A stretch of DNA of 63,641 nucleotides, the filler included, from Basidioascus undulatus (taxonomy: Eukaryota): the NCBI GenBank assembly GCA_000826855.1. It is 7 parts of 7 records of this genome, joined end to end, with 100 filler letters (N's around TTAATTAATTAA, not from the genome) between each part and the next. Parts side by side here need not be neighbours in the genome. Positions count along the whole stretch, not along the records: positions 1 to 23,934 come from JTLS01000253.1; positions 24,035 to 27,098 come from JTLS01002536.1; 5 more parts are not named here. One strand, given 5' to 3'. Shown in pieces: positions 11,292-24,263 of the stretch. A program made the position numbers and the translations under genes. Numbering within the stretch: the stretch's first letter is position 1; the number at the start of each line of letters is the position of its first letter. Under the pieces are notes generated by a model. The model saw nothing but the letters and a program-made list of their open reading frames with translations. It did no database searches and was not told the origin of the DNA.

Positions 11292-14200
11292 ATGCGATGG
11301 GCGCTACGGTCTTTACCAGTATGGCTTCTGTTGTGTACCCTGGGCCTTCTTGAGCCAGCGGCGGCGATGTCTGAGAAGCGGCTTGAGGGTCTGCGGTGAG
11401 CTCGCTGTTCCCTCCGTCGGTCCTTGGTCGTTTGGCGACATTGCTTAACGAACGGGGGTTATAGCGAGGACACCAAGCGACTCTTCTTCCACGGCTGGGA
11501 CGCTTATAAAAGCAACGCATACCCCGCGGACGAGCTCCGACCGCTGTCCTGTCGTGGGCAGGGACATTCGCCGTCCACGCCTTTTGATCTCTATGTGAAC
11601 GACGTCCTGGGAGACTGTACGACCTTTCCATGCCGCTTTGCCAAAAAAAATGCTGAAGATTTATCCCCGTAGACGTGCTCACCGTCGTCGACACACTCGA
11701 TACTCTTGCGCTCCTGCGCGAGCCCGCGCTCTTCCGGCGCACAGTCGAGGAGCTCATCCCCATCCTGCACGTTGACAACAACGCCACCGTGCAGGTCTTC
11801 GAGAGCACGATCCGCGTGCTCGGGGGTCTGCTGTCCGGCCACTTGGCGGCGCTGGATGTGGATAGGGAAGGGGAGTGGTACAAAGGCGAGCTGTTGGAGA
11901 AAGCGAGGGACTTGGGCGAGCGGTTGCTGCCGGCTTTCCAAATGAGTTTGACGGGGATTCCTTTCGCTCGGGTGAGTCCTATACAGTATGGATTTAGGGA
12001 GATGCGGGGAAATGCTCAAGATTCATCTCAGGTCAACCTTCGCTACGGGCTTCCGCGCCGGTCGTCGACCGAGACCTGCACCGCAGGCGCCACGTCGCTT
12101 GTTCTCGAGTTCGCGACTCTGGGGCGATTGACGAGGGAGCAGAAGTTCGAGGTGAGGCTTCCCTTGGTATACATCGTTTCTTGCAATGGTCATACTGATG
12201 GATGTGTCGACCAGGAAGCTGCCAAAAAGGCCTTCTATGCCGTCTGGGGCCGGCGCTCTGATAAAGGCTTGCTTGGGAACGCTATCAACCTCATGACCGG
12301 GGTGCGTCCGCGCGGATGGCTTTCCCTTCCCCACAGATTCGCTGAGACGCACTCGCAGGTCTGGATGACACCTCTCATGTCCTCCATCGGCGCAGGCATT
12401 GATTCGTTCTTCGAGTACGCCCTCAAAACGTACATCCTTCTTGGTGCGTCTTGTCCTCCACAGTGTCCGCACGTCCGCGCTGATAACCTTTATCCCATCG
12501 CTCCAGGCGAGGATCAATTCTACGACGTGTTCTCCGAGTCATACGGCGCGGCGATGCGCTTCATGCGAAGCGATGACGGATTTTGGGTGAGTGCAAGCTC
12601 TAAACCTTTGCAGCGTCTCTCATCAACGACTGAAACTTGTGCATGCTATCAGATGCGCGGCGTCAACATGCAGACTGGTCAGCTGGCTACGTTGATGGTC
12701 GATTCACTTTCAGCGTTCTGGCCTGGGCTTCAGGTAAGCGTCGACGTTTTGAGGCAGCCCGGGCATTATTGACAATTATAGCGTGTCATCAGGTCCTGGC
12801 TGGGGACGTACCAAACGCTATTCAATCCCACCTAGCGTGCACGTACCATCTTTGTCGCACGACGTCCGCGAGCGCTTGGCTGACTACAGCAATGTCCCGT
12901 AGACTACAACCTCTGGCGGCGCTACTCTGCCATGCCCGAACGGTTCAATACCCTGACGAAGACTGCTGAAGGGCTGGAGTATCCGCTGCGCCCTGGTATG
13001 TGTGCCGAGACGCCCGCATGCTAGGGGTTCGCTGATCGCCATCCGGTGACAGAGTTCGTCGAGTCCAACTATTTCCTCTACCTTGCAACGAAGGACGACT
13101 TCTACCTCGAGGTCGCCGAGCGCATTCTGCGCGACATCGAAAAGCGCATGAAGGTCGACTGCGGCCTTGCGTCGATGAAGAACATCGTCACCGGCGAGCT
13201 GGAAGACCGAATGGAGAGTTTCGGTGCGTCTTGCTTGAAAGGGCATGGCCGCGGTTCGAGCAATAAATGTACATCTATGGTGGCAATCAGCTCTCAGTGA
13301 AACGCTCAAATACCTATACCTCACTTTCGACGTCTCCAACCCCATCAACTCCCTCGATGCCGCCAGTGTCTTCACGACCGAGGGTCACAACCTCGCTCTC
13401 CCGCCTTCGCTCCTCCGCCCGCCATCGGACGTCCACCGCCTCCTCCGCCGGGGCGAGGTGCGCACCTGTCCGGCGTACTTCCCGCCCGAGGAAAACGGCA
13501 TCGTGCTCGGTGTGCGCGGCAGGCGGGATTGGGACTATGCGCGCGAGCTGAGCGGGCTGCGCGTGGAGGACGTGGAAGCCGAGGACCGCAGGACGCTGTG
13601 GAGGCCGGATGGCGTGTGCGAGAAGCCAGTTACGGATCCTTTTGTGAGTACTTCCCCTCCGCTCCTGTTCCCAATCGAGGCTGAGTTCTGCTGTGCTTAC
13701 AGGTCATGGAGATGTGCGGCAATCCCTTCGCGTGTACTTTGCTATGGCCGTAACTGATGGCTGTCATTCCCTCAGACTCTTTACCAATGGCGTTCCTGAG
13801 AATAAGACACCGACCGCAGATCAAGTCGAGCCTATCGAGCGAGGCTTCCTCGTCAAGCAGATCGGTGGACTTCGCCTGCAGATCACGAAGCGTTTCGACG
13901 GTGCAGGATATGACGTCTCGAAGAGTGCGGAGCCGACCCTCTCTCATTAAACCGTCTTGCTGCGTAATTGACGCACGCCTTTGCAGTCGGTCCTTACCGG
14001 GTCGTTCACGGCCAGACCGTCGTCCTCGCAGACCCGCAGCTGCTGGTTCAGTGGTCGCATAGCGAAGCGCCAGAGCCGCTCGCTGATCTTCCGCCCGAAC
14101 ACGTCGTCCTCCGCTTCACGCTGCGTCCGGGCGGCGGCAAGGAGACCGCATCGGTCAACCTCGTCGCCGCCACGTCGACGTTCGGGCCCTCCGTATACCC

Positions 14201-14717
14201 CGATCCGCTAACGAGCAACGCCTCGTCCTCGGACTTCGCGCTCCTTTCTGAACCCTTCACCGTCTCCGTCATACCCTCCAACGCGTTCTCCTGCACCTCG
14301 CACCACCCGCGGCGCTCGGACGACCCGCCTGCGGTCCTCGTCGCCACCCGCGGGCAGTGTACGTTCTACGAGAAGGCGGTGCACGCGCAGCGCGCGGGCT
14401 ACGCAGGCGTAATCACGCTCTCGGACGAGCCGAGCCTGATCCGGCCCTCGGTCGACCCCGTCGACGAGGCGGGCGAGCCCGTGACGATACCCGTGCTGGT
14501 GCTGCCGAGCGACGGGGCACAGGAGGTTTTGGGGTTGCTGGATGAGACGGTGGAGGGCGAGGTGCAGGTGCAGGTTGTGAAGGACGAGAACTTGTTGAAC
14601 AGGGTCGAGCATGAGGGGAGGGGCGACCAGCATGGGCAGGCGGCGGAGGACGCTCAGGGACGCATTCTTACTCTTAATGGTTTCGCAATCTTGAATACGG
14701 TGATAGAAATACCATAG
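11292..14717 (+). CDS. ER degradation-enhancing alpha-1,2-mannosidase (GH47, EDEM/Mnl1-like) with C-terminal PA domain
   Basis: Signal peptide MRWALRSLPVWLLLCTLGLL. GH47 motifs AYPADELRPLSC, VQVFESTIRVLGGLLSGH, IGAGIDSFFEY, YPLRPEFVES, SETLKYLYL and FTTEGH. PA motif VATRGQCTFYEKAVHAQRAGYAGVI. Confidence 0.92.
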
Positions 14718-15055
14718 ATATATTCATGCGTTTGGATGATATGCCGCCCTGTCGTGTTCATCATTAGGCTCGTGGGTAGGTACTCTACGCTGACCGGGAT
14801 TTGGCCGGAATCCTCAGGATGAAACTGCCGCTGAATTGCTTTTCAAACACGCTCTCGATTTCCGGCAAGCGGTACCCTCTCGGTAGCGCACTGGTCTCGT
14901 CTTCTGGCACGCGCGGCATTCAAAAGCAGAACCAATTCTATGGGTCTGAAGCTACAGCTCCTGCCGAGATCCCGGAGGTAGAAAAAGAAAGAAGCGGAAA
15001 AGGCAAACAACAATGTACAAATTGAGATCTAGAATGGGCTGGGGTGCGCACACGC

Positions 15056-15965
15056 TTAGTCCTCCGCGGCGAGGACAGCGTACGAGGGGGCGTCGAGCTT
15101 CCCGCGGCCACCGAGGAAGGGCAGGTCGACGATGAAGAGGTACTCGAGCACCTTGGCGCCGAGCTTGGAGATGAGCTGGCCGGCAGCGGAGGCAGAGCCA
15201 CCTGGGAGGAGGAACGAAGGCGTGAGGTTGGGAACGTCTGTAGCTGAGCGTAGAGCGCGTAGACAGAAGAGGTGTCGGATAAAACGGGGATAGAGAAACC
15301 GTACCAGTCGCAATCAGGTCATCGATGACGAGCACGTTCTGGCCCGCCTTCACCGAGTCCGCCTGAATCTCGAAGACGTCCTGTCCAAGGTCAAACTCCT
15401 GCGTCAGCCACACGAGGACAGATACGAGGCAAAGAACAACGTGCTAACCTTCCCGTACTCCAGGCTGTACTCCACCCGCTCTGTCTTGCCAGGGAGCTTC
15501 CCCCCCTTGCGGACGGGCACGAAGGCCGCGCCGAGCCTGAGTGCGAGCACGGGGCCGAGGAGGAAGCCGCGCGCGTCAAGGCCGACGATCACGTCGATCT
15601 TCTTGTTCTCTGCGGGCGCGAGCTCGGGCAGGGTGTGGGAGGTGATGTGGTGCAGGAGGTGCGTGATGAGCGTCTCGAACGCGAGAGGGTCCCGGAGGAT
15701 CGGGCTGGCCGAGGGGAAGGGGAAGATGGAGGTAAGCCTTCGGGAGTGGAACGGGGGAATGAGAGAGGGATACTGACAAGATGTCGAGGAAAGTGATGCC
15801 CTGCTCGTATCAATGCCAGAGGGATCCTCCGTGAGCGGTGCAGTTCTACGGGCGAGGAACAGGAGAGCAGGTTAACAAAAGACCTCGACTCACCTCCTTA
15901 GGAAAGCCAGGGTGAACGCCGAGCGTCTTCTTGATAAGCTGAACGTCAGCGGCCTCGGTGGACAT
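15056..15965 (-). CDS. APT1: Adenine phosphoribosyltransferase
   Basis: [45 protein letters not shown], and the PRPP loop [14 protein letters not shown]. Confidence 0.96.
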
Positions 15966-16970
15966 GCTATGGAGTTCGATGAAGGCAGGGAGGGTAAGGC
16001 GTCAGCAACGAAACCCTCGCATGAGGACCGTGCCGGCCGGCCCAGTGTCCCGGATAATGAACGCGCTGCACTGCGGTAGCGCCTCCACCGTGCTTCCTGT
16101 CGGTACTCCTCATGAAAACAGAGCTGCTTGCACGTACATGATGTGAAATCAACTGGAAATGACGGTGAAAGAGCACCGCGAAGGAGAAGACAAGATTCCG
16201 CCTAACCGCCTCGGCCGTGGGAAAAGCAGACATGAGCAGGCGGCGTTAAGGTTGCCGGCAGTCCGTCGCGTTTCAACGAGCGTACAGCACAACGCGACTT
16301 GACTGAGGATCATGACCTGCAGATGGGTTAAGATTGCGGTAAGTGATGTATTGCAAGAAAACACTCTCGAGATTGACTCCAGCAAAGGGTCAAGGTGTCG
16401 CGGTCCTCGTGCTGTTGAAGCCACTGGATGCACGAATAGCACTGCATTGGACACTGTGAACGAAAGCGGTCATTGTTCTGGGGTCCACGAACAATAGCCA
16501 GTATTCTAATTGAGAGCATAGGAGAACAAACATGGTGGGAGATAGAGCCGGTGGCCAGGGTACTCATACCGTCACACTTGCGCATGCACGCTCAACACGC
16601 AAATACCTGCTTTCCCCAACTCGTGCATCGGAAAGATCACAGGGCATCCTAGGGGGCCTTAGGACGTTGGAGGCAGGCTAGGTGCGGTGAGACGCTGAGA
16701 AAGTAGGTCAAACAAATTCTCGGTAGGGTGCTTTTTTGCATATCTCGCTGTAGTCAGCCAATCTTTGCCTCTCTCTGCAGTCCCGCACAACGTTATTCTT
16801 GAAATATGGATAAATTTTTCTGGATTCATCCAAGTCCACAAGATATACAAGCATGCCCGCCCAAGCGACTATGCCGTCGCCGCGCTAACCAGGCAATGTC
16901 AAAAGTCAGCAAGTTTCGATGAACGTAACTTTATGGACAGGGGGGAAGACTCACCCGAAGTGTATCTCCA

Positions 16971-18171
16971 TCAAGAGTAAGCTTGGACAATCCGCTCATA
17001 CTCGGCGCCAGTAAGAGGCAGGACGGTGCCATGCCTCGGACGAGCAGGCAGCGAGTACTTCGCCGCCCTCGTCCAGTTGTCGGTCGCGATATCGTTAGTC
17101 ACGAACGGGACGTAGCCCGCGCCTCCATACTCGTCGATGAATAGGTAATACGTCTCCTCCTCATTGTTGCTCCTGAACGCAGTCGGCCCCTCGCCACGGG
17201 CAATCGAGCCGTACCCAACGCCCTCCGCGTCGAGCGTCCACGCTCCGAGCACGCTGCCGGAGCTCGACTCCTGCGTGACGAATTTGGCGTACGGAAGACT
17301 CGAGGTCGGGTCGCGCTCGTCTTTGTTGAAGCGGTAGAGCCGGCCGTCGGAGGCGCGCAGGAAAGTTGTGTCGATGACGGACCAGCCGTCTGCAAACGTT
17401 GTTAGCAGCTCACGAGTGTGGCGGAAGGAGAAACAGAGGGTAACTCACAGTCGATGTACACTTGAGGCTCAGAGAACGTCATAAAGTCGGTCGTTGTTGC
17501 ATAGCTAGCAACCAAATAAATCAGCCACTCTTGCAATGCTCGAAACAGTTCAGAAAAGCCACTCACAGGATGCGGTTATACGAGTCCCCCTCGTGCGCCT
17601 TGTCGTTTCATACAGCTTGCTCGCCCAAGCAACGATGTAGAGCCCCTCCTCCGGGTCCCACACCGCCTCAGGCGCCCATGTATTCCCCGCCTCGGGTGGG
17701 CAGACCTCGACGAGCCGCTGCTCGGACCAACTGACGAGGTCCTTCGACTCCCAGATCGCGAGCGCGCGGCTGCCGTGTCGCTGCGCGGCATTCCAATCCC
17801 CGTTGCCGTAGATCTTGAGATCCGTACCGAGGAGGTAGAAGGCGTCTCCCGCGGGGGCGCGCACGATCGAAGGGTCGCGAACGCCGGTCGTGCCTAGCGT
17901 CGAGTTGAGTACGGGGAACCCGCCGTTGAGCTGCGTCCAGTGGAGGGGGTCGTTCCCGACCGACGCGCCGAAGTATATTTGCTCGCCGGAAGGGTATCTC
18001 TCGCCGGTGAAGTAGGCGAACAGGTACCCTTCGTACTGCTCTTACGATCAGTGCCCTGCAGCCGGCTGAAGTAGAAATGCATGCGCGTACAGTGTCTGCC
18101 CCCTTTCGTGACAGGGCGAGTCCCTCAACGAGTAGAGGTAGCACAGCAACGGCGAAGAGTCCGGGCTTCAT
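16971..18171 (-). CDS. Secreted GH43-family glycoside hydrolase (arabinanase/arabinofuranosidase-like)
   Basis: Signal peptide MKPGLFAVAVLPLL. Motifs GYLFAYFTGE, GVRDPSIVR, FYLLGTDLKI, NTWAPEAVWD, SVIDTT, GEGPTAF, YLFIDEYGG and RPRHGTVLP. Confidence 0.88.
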
Positions 18172-18979
18172 TATTTTGTGGTAGCTTGCAAGGGGTTGAA
18201 AGAGAGCTAGACTAGGCAAATTCTGTAAGTACTGCATGCACTGCAGGAGAAGCAGGCCGGACCGGCAGTGCCGTAACGACTTCGCAACATGATTACCCCT
18301 TTTGGGCGGCTTGTGTTGATCATGTGGTATGGTGTTCGACGTAATTTAAGATGCGGACCTGTCTGTACCGCAAAGCGCGGCGGGCCCTTCCGAAAAGCAA
18401 GAGTTCAAGAGCTGCCGCTGTAGGGCTGAAGACGAAGTGAACGCACTGTCGGACACCTCCCTCCCTTTCACTTCTTTACAATCGGGTCATGTCACCGGGC
18501 GAAAATTCCGATAGCATTATAGCCTCAAAAACGAACGAGCGACTCGAACATCTCGACTGTAGACATTTTGTTGTATCCAGGTAGGTTTCAATTCACATCA
18601 TTTCTCCGATTATACCTTCTGTGGGAGCGTGCAGTGGGCGTGTTATATTTGTTATATACAATGTCCACAGAACAGTCTTAAAAGGTTTAATGCCGTCGCT
18701 TTCACTTTCTGCTTTCCTTTCATGAAGAGCGCTCAGGAGCAGATCGGCACTCTCCACACTAGGTCAAATCCGAACGGTGTGTAAATGCGAATGTAGAGTC
18801 CAGGTTCTTTCTTGCAAATGTAAAATTCATTTCGTTCGTGTGCGTCCTGTTGAACAGCGAAAGAAGATTAAGACCAAACATCCTCTCAGACAGTCAGCCT
18901 GTGATCCTCGATGACGAGCGAGCAGGGAATCGCTACCCACATAGAGCGTGAAAGTATACAGGAAAACCCCCTCAGGCAA

Positions 18980-20701
18980 TCAGGGGAACTTGCGGTTGTA
19001 CTGATCCGTCAGCGGAGAGACCTCCTCTTTGGAGCACCCGGGGTTCGCGAGCGGCTTGCGAGCGAAGCGGTCCCGAATCCACTCGAACCACACCGGCTGG
19101 CTGGCATCGAGCGTCGGGCTGTGGGCAAGGCCGGGATAGATGATGAGGTGGGCGTCGGACTCTGGGTACGCCTCGCAAAGCTCCTCGTGGCTGTCCACCG
19201 CAACGAAGTCGTAGCAGGCCTCGTCCTCCGTGCCTTGGATGATGAGCAAGGGCTTCGCGAGCTGCGACACGGTGAAATTTGTAGACGTATGCTGCGGAAA
19301 AGCGGAAAAATCTCACCTTCTTCGATGATGCGCTGAGCACATTCTCCTGCCAGTCGAGGGCTTCCGGCGACTTCACCCACGAAGTGTTCTTGAAAAGCTC
19401 ATCGACGGTCAAGGTTCCGTGAAGGACGTAAGCGACTTCGTAGCAACCTGTATGCGAAAAATGGAATGCGCAAGGCCGAGTGGTGTCAGTAATGTTTCGG
19501 GCTTGAGGATCGGGTGCAGCTTGGCTACGGCACGTACCAGTGTACGAGAGGTTGAAACGGGCGAGACCGAGCGGCGTGAGGTAGTCCTCGGGGTTGATGG
19601 TAGGGTACAGCTTGGCGACCATCGCGAGGGCGTACGGCGCGTACGGGTCGTTCGTCTGCCCGCTCGCTGCGAGCTCCCAGGCGTGCGGGATGTAGGTCAG
19701 CGGCTTCAGCGCCGGCGCGACTGCCACGGAGCCGAGGAAGCCCTCGGATGGGTGCTGCGCCAGGTACTCGTTCGTCTTCCACACAGTGGCGCCGCCCTCT
19801 GTATTGGAAGCGTGGTGAGCTATCGCCACTTCAGGCACTGGAGAGACAGCGTGGAAGAGGACTGTGGGGGTTCATGACGCACCGCTGTGGCCGATGAGGA
19901 CCCATTGCCTGCTGAGCAGGTCGCCGAGGGCTTTTTGGGCTGTCTCGACGGAGTACGTAACATCGGCGGCGTGGGAGATGTACGAGACGTAGTGGTTCTC
20001 GACGTGGCTACCCAGGCCCGCGTAATCGGGCGCAACGACAGCGAAGCCCTGGCTGGCGAGCGCAAACGGCGCCTCCCCGATATGTAACACACCGCAATCT
20101 CGTCAGTCACAGCCGCGCTGACATGAAAGTGAAACAAGGACGTTACAGTTGAGTAGAGGTCCTTGAGGTTGCTCGGGGCGCAGAACTTCGCCAGGCCGGC
20201 GGTACCGTGAGCCCAAGCGACGAGGTCGAATGTGCCGTTCACGGGCGCCTTGTACGGGAGGAGGACGAACGCTGACGCGAGCACGCTGACCGACTGGTTG
20301 TTGGTGTCGACCGAGACGTACAGGAGGCGCCAGAGGTTCATCCCGGCGGGGACGGACGAGTTGCGGAGCGTCTCGGCGTCGACCTGGTCGAACTTGAGGA
20401 CGTCGCCGGGCGAGTAGAGCGAGAAATTCGAGGGCGTCGCATAGAACGGGTCAGTCCAGGGGTCGCCCCACTGGAGAGCTTGCTCGCCGGCGAGCGCGGG
20501 CTGGTACGGCTCCTGGCAGTCTGGGTCGCAGGCTTCGACTTCGCACGACGAGTCGTTGTTCCGAACGTTTGTGGAACGTGCAGTGTGGTTGAGCTTCGAC
20601 ATGGGATGGTGATATAGAACGCATTTTCTCTCACCTAAAGCCAGCGAAGCGACAGTTGTAGCCAACAGCGTTTTGGCGAAAGCCGCCTGCAGTCCTTTCA
20701 T
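18980..20701 (-). CDS. Secreted lipase/esterase (LIP / secretory lipase family, alpha/beta hydrolase)
   Basis: Signal peptide. VAWAHGTAGLAKFCAPS, VVAPDYAGLG, nucleophile GHSEGG (split by an intron), LIIQGTEDE and YPGLAH. Confidence 0.85.
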
Positions 20702-21486
20702 GATGGGGACGAGTGTGCTCGAGGAGGGATGGAGGGATGAAGGGCAAGATGCAACTTGCGAAACGTGCCCCTACCCAGTTGCATTGATAGACAACAACAC
20801 TGAGGCTTGCTGAGGCCGATGTTGGACGTCAGCGATGTCACACGATTCGGTCGGCTTGCATCGTCCGGGAGCAGTAACGCAAGTGGTTGTATGTATGTGG
20901 AGAAAGCCGCGCGGGTGCGCGCGGGACGCATAATAGCCTTGTAAGTTCGCTTCCAAGGGCGCAGTGGCTGATAAGAAGCGTCGCAGTGACAGACGATGTT
21001 GTCTAATCGGCTCGGAGAGGGGATGCCTGCTGCCTGCGAGCACGTTGCATGGCATCATGCAGCCGACTTGTTCATCCAGTTCAGTCGGAGTAAAGCCAGG
21101 ATAGTAATATACAAAGGTCGAGTGTATACCGGAGAAATAGACAAATGAAGAGCTGTAAGAAGCATCTGACAGGGCGAGGTTGGTCCTGCAACGGAACGCG
21201 GAGGAATCAGATCATGATCACGCCCATGGACGAAGACATCAAGCTTTAAACCACAGTGCATTGTTAGAGCTGGCGCTGCTCAAAACGAGAGCCTCATGCC
21301 TCATTCGAGATAAGTAGCCGCATAGCCAGGAGGCAGCCAGCTTGTTGTCCGTACACCGAGAGAACCCAACAAGAGGAGACCGCGCGGGCGGCAACTGCCG
21401 GAGCAGGCCTCGCTTGCCTCCCTCAGCAAACACACGAATGATCCTGATAGGATAAGATGAATTAGGGGTAGGATAGGATGTGTAGA

Positions 21487-22929
21487 TTAAGGTTTCGCGA
21501 GCGCTTTGACATGCTTGTCGTAGAGCTTCGCAGTACTGCGATTTGGACCTCAGATCAGCATCGCCTCGAGTAAGAAGATGTTCCGGTTGGACGCACCTGA
21601 TGACGCCCGCGAGCCAGCCGCTGACCGCCTGGTTTCCCTCTGCTCTCCAAGTCCATCCGAACACGTCGTACGCTGTTGTCCACCTCATTCATGAGTCCGC
21701 GTGCTAGGAAAGAGCCCAGCCAAAGAGGCGGAAAGGTCGGACCCACAGGAGAAGACGAAGTCGCACAACAGCTTGACCCAGCTCACACGCACCCACCACA
21801 GCTTCTCCCGCAGGCGGACAAGGTCCGACTCGTGCTGGACGAGCTCGGCGTGCGCCGCATCCGACGGCGCGTGAAAGATACGGCGCTCGAGGCGCGCGAT
21901 GTCCGCTTGCACGGCGCGGCTGTCGAGCCAGCCCTTCTGCAGCCTGTCGACCGCACCCTTCCCGTCAGCTGAAATCCTCGGAAAGCGTCGCAAGGATAAA
22001 ATAAGGAAGGGAGGGAAAGAAAACGTACTGCACGACAGTGTCCGCCCACCAGCACCAGTTCGACCACCACTCTGCGCGCTCGCCCAGCTCCTTCCCGATC
22101 AGCCCCAAGCGGTACGCGCAGAAGAAGTCGTCCGCGATCGCATTGGGCACGGTGACTACTGCGCTGAGGAAGCTCAGGCGGTATCGCATGCGCTCAGATA
22201 GGGATGCGGAGGGCGGAGGAGGCTTCTCTTTGCCGGTGAGGAAGTCGAGCAGCTCCGGGATGGCCGACCGCCAAGCGAAGAGGATCAGGCATTTCCTGGG
22301 GACGTGCGGGTGAACGGAGCGGGGTGTGGTGTTTGAGTGTGGGTGCGCACCTTGTTAGAGAGAGACCAGATGCGGTTGATTTCAGGTGAGGCACCCAGGC
22401 GCTCGGCTTGGTGCCTGCTCGGCGGGCATGAAGGAGGTGTCGCCAGAGGTAGATCTTGATAGAGTATTGGAAGAGTTTCTGTAGAGACGAAGCTCCGCTG
22501 AGCACGCATCCCTATCCCCTAATCCCCCGAGAAGGAGAAGACTCACGAAGATCTTATCCCGCCCAGCATCGGTCTGCAGCAAGCGATCCCAGACTGCCCG
22601 TCCCCTCCTGTCACTCAGGACCTTCCCGCGCCCCGATCTCCGCTCTGAGCCTCACCATCACGCTTCCTGACCCTTGCCGTAACGGGTACCGCAGCAGGAA
22701 TGAGTTTGCTGTTGGGCGTGAGGGGCACGCCCGCGCGTTTGGCGTCTTCGGTGTGCGTGGGGGAGCCGGGGACGGGCGTGCGCGAGGACATGTCGCGCGG
22801 TGCGGGTCCGGGATCGAGGGGCGAGATCCAGAAGTCCGGGCTCCGGACGGCAGAGGGTGAGCGCAGGTTGAAGGAGGCGGAGGGTATCAGGAGAGGGCGG
22901 CGATGCGACTGGGGCGAGGACGAGGACAT
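21487..22929 (-). CDS. PEX11-family peroxisomal membrane protein with low-complexity N-terminus
   Basis: LQTDAGRDKIFKLFQYSIK (GRDK..R..QY type motif), SGLSLTRKCLIL, ADDFFCAYRLGLI, WVKLLCDFVFSAYDVF, ending KALAKP*. Confidence 0.72.
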
Positions 22930-23457
22930 AGAAGGTCGGCAAGGGGCTCAGCGGGCATCGATTTCGGACGCGCTGTGCTGTCAACGCGAGATTGTGAGAT
23001 GCATGTCGCCGCCGGCGAGGTTGCAGCCGGTAACTTATCAGTTCTGCTTGCAGGTCTGGCATCCTTGTGCTTGAGAATGCCTGATTTTATTTCGATTATT
23101 GCAGATATTGGGGGTGTACATTCAGCTAACTTTCAGCTGGTCCACAGCGCCTCTGCCGACACTCAATGACACGCCGCCTTGCGGCTTTTTCCCCTCATGT
23201 CAGCTTCTGTACGCATTTGACTTCATCCTTGAAAGTTTCAGACCATATAACAGCACGAAGACCACATGCGTTTCAATCAAGAAGCGACGGTGGACGTTTG
23301 ACCCTGCGTGTCACGTCAAAGCCCGGCTGTCAGACGGCCCTTACCCCCGATAGCCAGCCTACAAACGCCGACAGGTGTCCAGAAGTTCGCCTTGCCTGCC
23401 TTCGCTCTCCCTCACCCCCTCACCCTCACTCTCACGCTCCCCGCCACTCTCATCGCC

Positions 23458-23915
23458 ATGTCCATGCCCAACGGCGCCAACCCGTACACCACTGGCGGAG
23501 GCGCGCAGATGAGCGCGGCCATGAAGTACATTTGCGCCGGTGCGCCCTCTCGCCTTCTCCGGACCCGTCGCCATTCCAGTCCGAGGCTGATCTTGCTCCT
23601 GTGGATGTGTGAATGCTGGTCGGGGTGGTTTCGGGACGGACACAGACTGTGGTGCGCAGAATGAGATTCGGCCTAGGGAACCAATCCGGTGCAGGGAGTG
23701 CGGGCACCGCATCATGTACAAGATGCGGACCAAGCGGAGTGAGTTTCGCTTTCCCTGCCGATTAGCGCTTTCACGTGGAGCAAGTGTCGGTGTTAGGATC
23801 TGGAGGATCTGGGGACGTCGGGTGGGGAGTCCAGGCATTCGAAGTGGGCACCCTTGAGTGGCGTTACTGACTTCCCTCCTCCCTACTTACAGTGGTCCAA
23901 TTCGAAGCGCGGTGA
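23458..23915 (+). CDS. RPB12: RNA polymerase I/II/III shared subunit ABC4 (Rpb12)
   Basis: Spliced [44 protein letters not shown]. Confidence 0.96.
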
Positions 23916-23934
23916 TCGCTGTCCTCCCCCCCCC

Positions 23935-24034
23935 NNNNNNNNNNNNNNNNNNNNNNNNNNNNNNNNNNNNNNNNNNNNTTAATTAATTAANNNNNNNNNN
24001 NNNNNNNNNNNNNNNNNNNNNNNNNNNNNNNNNN
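23935..24034. other. Artificial contig spacer (N44-TTAATTAATTAA-N44)
   Basis: Identical 100-nt linker with stops in all six frames. Confidence 0.97.
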
Positions 24035-24263
24035 CCAACCCAGCAATGTCCCTCCCACCCAGGAACTACGAGTATCCGCCCCCGCTCCCGAATCAACCGC
24101 CTCCCGAAAGCGGAACAAGAAGTCCAAGCCCGCCTCTTCGTTGTCCGAGCTGCTCGCGCGCAACAAGGCGCGCGAGGCGGACAAGGCGCGGCGGGAGAAG
24201 GAGGAGGGGGAGAAGGTCGGGGGGACGGGGTTGAGGGCTTTTTTGGGGGGGCTGGATCTGTAA
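24035..24263 (+). CDS. 3' end of a truncated gene (basic C-terminus; possibly Rpr2/Rpp21-like)
   Basis: Open frame ...RKRNKKSKPASSLSELLARNKAREADKARREKEEGEKVGGTGLRAFLGGLDL* with coding-like codon use. The family call is weak. Confidence 0.4.
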
